Shown here: in pieces, positions 30,592-39,002 of the stretch | How the letters are laid out: every line of letters begins with the position of its first letter | Position numbering within the stretch: the first letter of the stretch is position 1 | NCBI GenBank assembly: GCA_037130175.1 | Contig: JBAXTN010000001.1 | Location: 34,246-98,245, forward strand | From: a bacterium | GTDB taxonomy: Bacteria > Verrucomicrobiota > Verrucomicrobiia > Chthoniobacterales > UBA6821 | Direction: 5' to 3' | Length of the DNA stretch: 64,000 bases | Notes under the pieces: generated by a model | Databases searched by the model: none | The model's input: the letters and a program-made list of their open reading frames with translations, nothing else | Told to the model about the DNA's origin: nothing | Made by a program: the position numbers and the translations under genes

Positions 30592-32535
30592 TCATGAGGC
30601 GATGGTGGTTGATCCGTTGGGACGGCGGGCTGTGAAGTCCAGATAGGTGTAGGACTGGAACATTTTTTCGTATTCATCGACAAGGCGCATCGCTTCATTG
30701 GGCTTGAGCTTGTCACTTTTGAGGGCCGCATCAGCCTGAATCTTGATGCGCCGGGCGAGTTCCTTGGTATCCCACTGGGTAAGGGTCAATACCTGATCCA
30801 CTGTATTTCCCGGCAGGATCTCCTCCACATAGTAGCCAGCATCCTCATCCTCATCGAGAAAGACATGCATCTCGTTGACCCTGCCAAAAAGGTTATGCAG
30901 ATCACCCATGATGTCCTGATAGGCACCGCTCAGGAAAATTCCGAGATAGTAGGGTTCCCCCTGCTTCACCCGGTGGACGGGAAGCGTCTCCTTCACATCC
31001 TGAAAGTCGATGAATTTTGCCATCTTTCCGTCAGAGTCACAGGTGATGTCCACGAGGGTACCGCTACGGTCGGGAAGCTCATCGAGACGATGGATGGGCA
31101 TCACGGGAAAGAGTTGGCCGAGAGCCCAATGATCAAGTAGCGACTGGAAGACGGAAAAATTGCAGAGCAGCTGATCGGCAAGGGCGACTTCCAGTTCGCG
31201 TACTTCTTCAGGCACCTGCTTCATCCCGCGATGGAGGAGGACAATCTCGGCGGCGATCTGCCAGTAGAGCGTGTCGATCTTGGCCTTGGCACGAAGATCC
31301 AGCAGTCCCAAATCAAACATCGACTGGGACTGATCGCGGATCTGCTGGGCATCATGGAGATGCTCCAGACGGCGTTTTTCGTTGAGCCCCGTCCTGATCT
31401 CGATCATATCCGCCACCAGCTTCGGATCGGAAGGGTCAACCGTGACAATCTCGTTGTGACTCTCCTTTTCAATCGAACCAAAGGATTCGATGATCAGTAC
31501 GGAATGGGGTGCCACGATAAATCGACCGCTTTCACTCACGATCACCGGATGCTCCACATGCTCCGAATCACAGATTTCCATGATATTATAGACCACATCG
31601 CGTGTGTATTCGTGCAGAGAGTAGTTCCGTGAACTGTCAAAGGTTGTCCGGGAGCCATCATAATCGATGCCAAGCCCGCCACCCACATCGAGATAGCCGA
31701 GGGAATGCCCCATCTTCCTGAGTTTGGCATAGAAGCGGGCTGCCTCACGCGTGGCCCGGTTGATGGTGACGATGTCGGGCACCTGGGAGCCGACATGATA
31801 ATGGAGCAGGACGAGCGCGTCGGGAATCCCCTCCGTATGAAGCGTATCGCTCATCGAGACGAGATCCGCGGTGGAGAGTCCGAATTTGGCATTCTCCCCC
31901 CCGCTTGTGGCCCATTTGCCGGCACCCTTTGAAAGCAAACGGACTCGGGCACCGATCATCGGTGTCACGCCAACCTGCTTGGCAACGGCCAGAATCTGGT
32001 GAAATTCCTCGAGTTTCTCCACAACCAGAATCACTTTTTTTCCCAGTTTCAAGCCGATCAGTGCCGCACGGATAAACTCGTCGTCCTTGTAACCGTTGCC
32101 GATCACCAGACTCTCAGGATCGGAATGCACGGCGATCGCGGCGATCAGCTCCGGCTTGCTCCCTGCCTCAATTCCGAAGTGATAGGGGAGCCCCGCATCG
32201 ACAATCTCCTCAACAACCTCGCAAAGCTGGTTCACCTTGATCGGGAAAACACCGCGATACTGGTTTTTGTATCCGCACTCCTCGATGGCCCGGGCAAACG
32301 ATTCGTTGAGGCGACGCACCCGGTCGCGCAGCAGATCGTGGCAACGCACCAGCAGGGGAAAATGAAGACCGCGTTCCCCCGCCTCTCCCACCAATTCCAT
32401 AAGATCGATCTCCTCGCCCTCCCTGCGCCGGGGTCGCATCACGGCATGACCGGCATCATTGATTTTCACATATCCCTCAGACCAACCCTCCACATTGTAG
32501 AGAGTCGAAATTTGTTGGGTGATGGATTGGGACAT
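30592..32535 (-). CDS. speA: Biosynthetic arginine decarboxylase
   Basis: VFPIKVNQ, EAGSKPEL, HVGSQ, DVGGGLG, SESGR, DITCDSDG, GAYQDIMGDLHNLFG; likely start ATG at 32535. Confidence 0.95.
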   Translation of the reverse strand: MSQSITQQISTLYNVEGWSEGYVKINDAGHAVMRPRRREGEEIDLMELVGEAGERGLHFPLLVRCHDLLRDRVRRLNESFARAIEECGYKNQYRGVFPIKVNQLCEVVEEIVDAGLPYHFGIEAGSKPELIAAIAVHSDPESLVIGNGYKDDEFIRAALIGLKLGKKVILVVEKLEEFHQILAVAKQVGVTPMIGARVRLLSKGAGKWATSGGENAKFGLSTADLVSMSDTLHTEGIPDALVLLHYHVGSQVPDIVTINRATREAARFYAKLRKMGHSLGYLDVGGGLGIDYDGSRTTFDSSRNYSLHEYTRDVVYNIMEICDSEHVEHPVIVSESGRFIVAPHSVLIIESFGSIEKESHNEIVTVDPSDPKLVADMIEIRTGLNEKRRLEHLHDAQQIRDQSQSMFDLGLLDLRAKAKIDTLYWQIAAEIVLLHRGMKQVPEEVRELEVALADQLLCNFSVFQSLLDHWALGQLFPVMPIHRLDELPDRSGTLVDITCDSDGKMAKFIDFQDVKETLPVHRVKQGEPYYLGIFLSGAYQDIMGDLHNLFGRVNEMHVFLDEDEDAGYYVEEILPGNTVDQVLTLTQWDTKELARRIKIQADAALKSDKLKPNEAMRLVDEYEKMFQSYTYLDFTARRPNGSTTIAS

Positions 32536-32617
32536 TGAGATGACAGGAGGGAGTGAATCGTGAGGTGTCTGATTACCAAACCAAGCACCTTTTGACCACC
32601 CGATGCTGTAATTATTT

Positions 32618-33970
32618 TTACCAGCCAATGACGGAAATCGCCCCCATGCTCGCAGCCATGGCCTCCTCCTGAGTAATCCAACGCTCCTGATAACCCGGCC
32701 CCCAGGAATCCGAGATGGCGACTTCCCCGGTATTGCGGTTATAACCGATGATCAGGCAGACATGGGCATCGACATTCGTCGGAAGCCTGTTTGCGGTGGA
32801 CTTGGCACTCGTCTGCAGATTTTGCTTCCAGGCATTCCAATCCGTGACATTCCTGCGATCACGGGTTCGCTGATTGGCGCGCTGGTTCAATTCCCGGGAA
32901 CTGTACAGTGACCAGATGAGGGGCTGCCCCTTGTCAAGATAGGGGGCGATATCGTTGACCCTCACACTCACCATCCCCTGGGTGACTCTTCCTCCGGCAT
33001 TATTCACAATGTTGAAAGCCGCATTGCAGATATTGGAGAGTGATGTTCCTCCTCCGGCCCCGGTCTGCCCCGCCATCGCGAGAAGGTTCATGTCCGTCTG
33101 CAAACCATAATACCGCATGACGCGTTCGAAGGTGGCAGGAACACAATATCCCTTCGGCCCCTGATCAACCATGGGTAGGTCGGTGATGACCACATCCCCG
33201 TTGGGGCGGCGGTTGACACGGGCCGGGAGAAGAGCCTTGGCGGCCTGGAATGCAATCCTATCCCCGTCTGTTCTCTCGAAGGTGGAGGATGGAAGCAGCC
33301 TCAGCACAATGTATTCGTTACGGGGAGCCGTTAGAAAAAACGAGATTCCCTGCCATTCCCACCGCTCACCCCGTTCCTGCATATTGGCATAGATGCCGAT
33401 GAATGCGGGTTTGGATGGCCCAAAGAGCCCCTCCAACTTCGTTCTCAGATCATTCAGCTCCTTTCGTATCGCGGCCTGATATGCCTCGATCATCTGCGGA
33501 CTGACAAAATCTTGAGAACTCTTGGTCTGCTTCGCTAGCTGTGCGGCCCGCGCGATTCCCACCTGATCACTCGATGAGGCAAACGCATTGATATCTCCCT
33601 TGTTTGCAAAGAGGAACGAGATGTTGGCGACTTTTCCGTTGATTCCCTGAAGAAAGATCGAGAATGCCTTTGCCCCGAGCAGAGTCGTCTGCGTATAGCT
33701 TCGATAACCAGATTCATAGGTCGTTTGCGATTCCCGAGGCAGTCTGAGCCGTCCTGCCACGGTGGCATCGGATTCACTCCAGAGAGATTCGGTACTCAGC
33801 AGGGGTATGCCGAATGCCGCATTGATCTCCTCCATGGTGGGAATTTTTGGCTTCGTGGTGTCGGAAAACGAGGCTTTGGATCCGGCCACACCAGAGAGCA
33901 TTAAAATCAACAGGCAGATACCGAAATATCCTCCCCTGCGATTGATTCGCGCTGGCGGGTGTGTGAGCAT
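32618..33970 (-). CDS. Exported protein with a C-terminal C39-like (papain-fold) peptidase domain
   Basis: TM/signal segment; DQGPKGYCVPA (Q..C), AHVCLIIGY (H), ISDSWG (D); start uncertain. Confidence 0.75.
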   Translation of the reverse strand: MLTHPPARINRRGGYFGICLLILMLSGVAGSKASFSDTTKPKIPTMEEINAAFGIPLLSTESLWSESDATVAGRLRLPRESQTTYESGYRSYTQTTLLGAKAFSIFLQGINGKVANISFLFANKGDINAFASSSDQVGIARAAQLAKQTKSSQDFVSPQMIEAYQAAIRKELNDLRTKLEGLFGPSKPAFIGIYANMQERGERWEWQGISFFLTAPRNEYIVLRLLPSSTFERTDGDRIAFQAAKALLPARVNRRPNGDVVITDLPMVDQGPKGYCVPATFERVMRYYGLQTDMNLLAMAGQTGAGGGTSLSNICNAAFNIVNNAGGRVTQGMVSVRVNDIAPYLDKGQPLIWSLYSSRELNQRANQRTRDRRNVTDWNAWKQNLQTSAKSTANRLPTNVDAHVCLIIGYNRNTGEVAISDSWGPGYQERWITQEEAMAASMGAISVIGW

Positions 33971-34021
33971 GGGCTGATCAGACACAGAATCAGGATATCT
34001 GACAATCCCTCCTATTGCTCC

Positions 34022-35266
34022 ATGAGACATCTTCATCTCGACCCCTTTGCCGGAATCAGCGGTGACATGACCGTGGCGGCACTCCGTGATCTGGGTGTGG
34101 AGGAATCCGTCTTTCAGAATGCCCTCGCTTCACTCCCGATCACTCTTCCCACATGCCGGTTTGAACGGGGAGATCGCGGCGGCATTACCGGATGGAGATT
34201 CTGTGTTGACGAACATGACGGGCATGCGAAACCCACGGCAGTATACCGGAAGCTGGATGAGAAAAACCCACCCAATCCTCCGATCGTGCTTCACAGTCGT
34301 GCTCATGTTCATGGTCGTGATCACGCCGGGATTATTGCTCTTCTGGAGCAGAGCGGGCTGGATGCCGAGGTGAAACGCCACGCCTTGTCCATCTTTCAAC
34401 GGATCGCCGTGGCCGAGGGGGCGATTCACGGAGTGCCTCCCGAGACCGTCGGATTTCATGAAGTCGGTGCCGAGGACTCCATCGCTGACATCGTGGCGGC
34501 CTGTGCGGGCTTCGTTTCCCTTAAGCCGGAAACCGTCAGTTGCGCCTCCCTAATCGAAGGAACGGGAACGATCCACTGTGCCCATGGCTCGTTTCCCCTC
34601 CCCGCTCCAGCAACCCTGGCCATCCTCAAGGGCATCCCCTTCCGTCAGGTTGAGGAATCTTGGGAGCATATCACCCCGACGGGTGCAGCTCTGGTGGCGG
34701 AGTTTGCAACCAGCTTCGGCCCGATGCCCGGGATGGCTGTTTCGGCCATCGGCTATGGCCTTGGTTCCCGGCAGACTCCCAATCGACCCAACGCCCTGAG
34801 ATTGATCCTTGGTACTACGGCGGCGGGCAAAGATTCACGGGATGAAGTGGTCGAACTCCGCTGCAACCTCGATGATCTCACTCCCGAGCATGCCGCCAGT
34901 GCACTGGAAATCATTCTCACGGCAGGAGCACTTGATGCCACCCTCACTCCAACCGTGATGAAAAAAGGACGCTCCGGCTGGATTCTCGAAGTCCTCTGCG
35001 CTCCCGAACTGGCCGATCACCTCTCCACGCTGATCCTCCGGCACACAACGGCCTTCGGTATCCGTCGCCATGCCATGCAGCGACTGATCCTCGATCGCCA
35101 TCATCGCACGGTGGAGACCCCCTACGGACCGATCACTGTGAAAGTCGGTTTGCTTGGAGGTAAAGTGATCCAGCAATCTCCCGAGTTCTCCTCTTGCTCC
35201 GAGGCCGCAGCCAAGCATGGGGTTCCCGTCCACTCAGTCCACGGTGCTGCACTGCGGGCGCTGTAG
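34022..35266 (+). CDS. larC: Nickel-pincer cofactor biosynthesis protein LarC
   Basis: GISGDM, His-rich linker, AEGAIHG..FHEVG..DSIAD, PAPATL, NLDD, MKKGR. Confidence 0.92.
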   Translation: MRHLHLDPFAGISGDMTVAALRDLGVEESVFQNALASLPITLPTCRFERGDRGGITGWRFCVDEHDGHAKPTAVYRKLDEKNPPNPPIVLHSRAHVHGRDHAGIIALLEQSGLDAEVKRHALSIFQRIAVAEGAIHGVPPETVGFHEVGAEDSIADIVAACAGFVSLKPETVSCASLIEGTGTIHCAHGSFPLPAPATLAILKGIPFRQVEESWEHITPTGAALVAEFATSFGPMPGMAVSAIGYGLGSRQTPNRPNALRLILGTTAAGKDSRDEVVELRCNLDDLTPEHAASALEIILTAGALDATLTPTVMKKGRSGWILEVLCAPELADHLSTLILRHTTAFGIRRHAMQRLILDRHHRTVETPYGPITVKVGLLGGKVIQQSPEFSSCSEAAAKHGVPVHSVHGAALRAL

Positions 35267-35275
35267 GACTTCGAG

Positions 35276-36088
35276 TCACTCCTCTTCGCCGATCCCTTCC
35301 AAACGCGAACGATCAACCCAGCAGATACCGCGTTTCTTGGCCTCGGAGACAAAATTGAAAAAACTTTGCGCCTCCGGCCCCCATGAGATTTTTCCCGCCG
35401 CCTCAAGGGCTTGGGAGAGATTATGCCCCTCAAGATAGAGCAGGCGGAAAGCGCGTTTGAGTTCCATTCGCGCCTCGGAGCTGATTCCTGAGCGGCGCAG
35501 GCCGACGGCGTTGATGCCTGAGACTAGATTCGTCCCGTAGGCGATCAGGAAGGGAGGAATATCTTTGCCGAAGCGCTCCCCTCCCCGCACCATGCAGAGC
35601 CGTCCCACACGGATGAACTGATGGAAGACGGAGCCGCCACCCAGCACCGCTCCGTCATGGACGGCAACATAGCCCGCCAGCAGGCAGTTGTTGGCGATGA
35701 TCACGCGATTGCCGACCGAGGAGTTGTGCCCGAGGTGGACTCCCACCATGAGGAAGTTGTTGTTACCGACCATGGTTGATGTCCCCTCCTTGGTTCCACG
35801 GTGAATGGTCACATATTCCCGGAAAATATTGTCATCACCGATCTCCACATGACTCACCGTCCCCGGCTTAAAATCAAAATCCTGCGGATCACCTCCCAGG
35901 ATCGCACCATGCCCGATGGTATTCCGCGCCCCCATGCGGACATGACCGCTGATCACCGCTCGGGCCTCGATCTTGCAACCATCGCCGATCACTGCCCCTG
36001 CCTCAATGATGACCCCTGGCCCGATCCTGACCCCCTCACCTATTTGGGCATCGGAATCAACAAAAGCGGATGGGTGAATCGTTGTCAT
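35276..36088 (-). CDS. lpxA: UDP-N-acetylglucosamine O-acyltransferase
   Basis: IHPSAFV, hexapeptide repeats, PQD, REYVTIHRGT, HQF..VG, GINAVGLRR; start ATG at 36088. Confidence 0.92.
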   Translation of the reverse strand: MTTIHPSAFVDSDAQIGEGVRIGPGVIIEAGAVIGDGCKIEARAVISGHVRMGARNTIGHGAILGGDPQDFDFKPGTVSHVEIGDDNIFREYVTIHRGTKEGTSTMVGNNNFLMVGVHLGHNSSVGNRVIIANNCLLAGYVAVHDGAVLGGGSVFHQFIRVGRLCMVRGGERFGKDIPPFLIAYGTNLVSGINAVGLRRSGISSEARMELKRAFRLLYLEGHNLSQALEAAGKISWGPEAQSFFNFVSEAKKRGICWVDRSRLEGIGEEE

Positions 36089-36113
36089 CACTCGTAGATG
36101 GATTAGTTGTTGT

Positions 36114-36809
36114 TTAGATAAGACCGGCTTCCCGAAAACTGAAGTAGGGTGAATTGGCCCCCAGTTTAGCACCGATGATGACATGATCGACCAGCGGAAT
36201 TTGCAAGAGTGTCCCGGCTTCGGCCAGGCGTCGTGTGAGACGGCGATCCGCTTGACTGGGCTGGGGGTCGCCCGAGGGGTGGTTATGCACCACGGCGATG
36301 GCATACGCCCCCTTGGCTATGGCAGGGCGGAAGATTTCCCGGGGATGGGCAATGCTTTCGTTGAGATTTCCCCTGGAGATTTCCCGTTCATCAAGAAGTC
36401 CGTGCCGGGTGTCGAGCAGCAGAACGCGGAGGGATTCATAGGGGAGGGATTGGAGTTCCCCAGCCAGTAGATCATAGATCACACCGGCCTTATCGACACG
36501 AATCTTCTCGGCCTCAGGACGAGCCATCCGACATCCCATCTCAAAAGCTGCCTTCAACTCCGAGGCCTTGGCCGGTCCGATCCCGGAAACCTTGGCCAGC
36601 TCCTGAGGGGAGCATCCCGCAAGGCGGCGCAGAGTTCCCCATTCTTTGATGAGAAGAGCCGCCATCGTCAGAACATTCTGTCCTTTCTTACCCGTGCGAA
36701 GAAAGATCGCCAATAGCTCGGCATCGCTCAGCACTGCGGCTCCATGCCGCCAGAGACGCTCACGGGGGAGTTCCGAATCCGGGAGTTCCTCAAACCTAGA
36801 TTCCCTCAT
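36114..36809 (-). CDS. radC: RadC/JAB-domain protein
   Basis: LPRERL, LSDAELLAI, GIGPAKA, HPREIF, HNHPSGDPQPSQAD, DHVII. Confidence 0.93.
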   Translation of the reverse strand: MRESRFEELPDSELPRERLWRHGAAVLSDAELLAIFLRTGKKGQNVLTMAALLIKEWGTLRRLAGCSPQELAKVSGIGPAKASELKAAFEMGCRMARPEAEKIRVDKAGVIYDLLAGELQSLPYESLRVLLLDTRHGLLDEREISRGNLNESIAHPREIFRPAIAKGAYAIAVVHNHPSGDPQPSQADRRLTRRLAEAGTLLQIPLVDHVIIGAKLGANSPYFSFREAGLI

Positions 36810-36825
36810 GCAGGTCGGAGCGATC

Positions 36826-37869
36826 TTATCCAAGGGATGTGAGGACTCCGCGCAGGTAATCGGTCATTGAGCGGAGAGCGGCGGCGTGACGATTCTTCTG
36901 GACGAGATCCAGTTCCGCCTCCGCCTCGTTGACCAAGCTTTGAGCAGCCATGATGGTCGAGGCCAAGGCACCCCGGGTAGTGACCAATTCGAGGAGTCGG
37001 GCTGGAGCAATCCCCTCTTCGGAGAGGAGCAGAGCATGAAGCTCATCCCGTTGTTTGGGTGTGGAGTTCTGGAGCAGAAGCAGCACAGGCAGAGTGAACT
37101 TGCCGCAGGCGATGTCGGTTCCAAGGGTCTTTCCGATCATCTCCTCATCTCCCACCAGATCGATACAATCATCGAGCACCTGATAAGCGATACCTATCTT
37201 GTTACCGTAGTTCTTAAGTGCCCCGATCACGGCGGGAGAGGCTCCGCTCAGAAAAGCTCCCAGTTCACAGGCCGAAGCAAAGAGGGCTCCTGTCTTCATC
37301 TGCACCATCCGGTAATACTCTGCCAGGGTGACATTCAGATCAAAACGGCGTTGGGTCTGGAGTATCTCTCCCGTGCAGACATCGGCGGCGGCATCGGCAA
37401 TGCGTCGGGAAATTTCGTTATTGGAAAACTGGGTCGAGAGTTTCAGCGCATGGGAGAAGAGGACATCACCCACCAGCACCGTGAGGGAATTTCCCCATTT
37501 GGCATTGAGAGTCGGCCTGTCCCTGCGACGATCTGCGCCATCCATGATGTCGTCATGCACAAGACTGGCGATATGGATGAGTTCCAGAATCACGGCGAGA
37601 TCGACATGATCGGAAACAATACGCCCGGTGGCACCTCCCGAGAGGAGAGCCAGCGCAGGTCGGAGCCGTTTACCACTCCCTCCAAGGGCATATTCGACAT
37701 AATGCTCGATACCGGAATCGAGAGCCTTGGACTGTTCGGAAATTCGCTCCTCAACGGAATAGAGTTCGGGACCAATCAGCTCAATCGCCGAGGCAAAGGC
37801 CTCGTTTGACCTTGGATCAATTTCGCGTGTGGACCATCGGGTGAAACTTTTCACAGGGAAGAGTTTCAC
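36826..37869 (-). CDS. Polyprenyl diphosphate synthase
   Basis: GKRLRP, LVHDDIMD..RR, KTGALF, YQVLDD, GKFTLP; start uncertain. Confidence 0.92.
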   Translation of the reverse strand: MKLFPVKSFTRWSTREIDPRSNEAFASAIELIGPELYSVEERISEQSKALDSGIEHYVEYALGGSGKRLRPALALLSGGATGRIVSDHVDLAVILELIHIASLVHDDIMDGADRRRDRPTLNAKWGNSLTVLVGDVLFSHALKLSTQFSNNEISRRIADAAADVCTGEILQTQRRFDLNVTLAEYYRMVQMKTGALFASACELGAFLSGASPAVIGALKNYGNKIGIAYQVLDDCIDLVGDEEMIGKTLGTDIACGKFTLPVLLLLQNSTPKQRDELHALLLSEEGIAPARLLELVTTRGALASTIMAAQSLVNEAEAELDLVQKNRHAAALRSMTDYLRGVLTSLG

Positions 37870-38051
37870 TGATCATGTAGCGATCGTCAATGAAGCGCTG
37901 AGGAGCGGATTTTTCCGATAGAATGACAGAAACCTCTCCATGACTTCCCGAGGGGCATGTCACAAGAGATCATTTTTCTTCCCGTGCATCAGGCACTCTC
38001 GACATCTTCATGCTGGGACAACACCCGTCCCCTCTTTCATTTTTCGTTTTC

Positions 38052-38987
38052 CTATGAATCCTTTGTCCAGGTCGAGATACCGGGTTCCTTGCGGATGGCT
38101 TTCTCTTTTTTTACCACCTTTTGAGCAACGGAGATCCGGTCTTTTTTTGAAAGTTTTCTTTCCGCTTTGGAGAACTCACTGCGGATCTGCCTGATGTCAA
38201 CTTCTGGTTTCGGTGCGGCAAGGCGCATTCCTTCCAGTGTATCCACGATGATTTGCGAAATCGCAAAATCGCGGAACCATTTGTGATCGGAGGGGATGAT
38301 AAACCAAGGGGCCTCCTTGGTGGAGGTGCGTTGGATTGCCTGCTCGAAAGCATCGGTGTAGGCATCCCAGAGTTCCCTTTCGGAATAGTCGCTGTTACTG
38401 ATCTTCCATTCGCGATCCGGTTCGTCGAGGCGGACCTTAAACCGTGCTAACTGCTCGTTTGGCGAGATGTGCAGGAAGAACTTGAGAATGACCGTCTCGT
38501 TTTCCAAGGAGAGAAGGCGTTCAAAATCATTGATCATACCGTAGCGTGGTTTCCAGATCTTGGGGGGAACCAGCTTGTGAACCCTTGCCACAAGGACATC
38601 TTCGTAGTGCGAGCGGTTGAAGATCGCAATCTCCCCCCTGGCAGGGGCATGGGGATGCACTCGCCAGAGAAAATCATGAGACTGTTCCTCGCCGGTCGGT
38701 TGCTTGAATGCGGCGACCTTCACTCCCTCCGGGTTCAATCCCGTGAGCACATGACGCACCACGCCATCCTTCCCCGCCGCATCGAGCCCCTGAAGAACGA
38801 TCAGCAGGCTCTGCTTTTTTTCAGCGTAGAGCATGGCCTGAAGTTCGACGATCCGCCCGAGTAGTTTCTTGAGCCGGGTCTCGGCCTGTCCGTGATGGGT
38901 GAGTCCCTCGTGATTAGCCGGGTCGATTTTCGACAACCGGATCCTTTTTCCCGGTTTGGCGAGATAGAGTTTTGAATAGTTGGTCAT
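38052..38987 (-). CDS. PPK2-family polyphosphate kinase (class III-like)
   Basis: QGLDAAGKDG, HDFLWR, FNRSHYEDVL, KFFLHIS, DHKWFR. Confidence 0.92.
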   Translation of the reverse strand: MTNYSKLYLAKPGKRIRLSKIDPANHEGLTHHGQAETRLKKLLGRIVELQAMLYAEKKQSLLIVLQGLDAAGKDGVVRHVLTGLNPEGVKVAAFKQPTGEEQSHDFLWRVHPHAPARGEIAIFNRSHYEDVLVARVHKLVPPKIWKPRYGMINDFERLLSLENETVILKFFLHISPNEQLARFKVRLDEPDREWKISNSDYSERELWDAYTDAFEQAIQRTSTKEAPWFIIPSDHKWFRDFAISQIIVDTLEGMRLAAPKPEVDIRQIRSEFSKAERKLSKKDRISVAQKVVKKEKAIRKEPGISTWTKDS

Positions 38988-39002
38988 GGGATCTGGGTGG
39001 AA

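Noticed and set aside
36114..36809. radC as a mobile-element marker
   Set aside because: Full-length chromosomal form with the N-terminal HhH region, embedded in a housekeeping run
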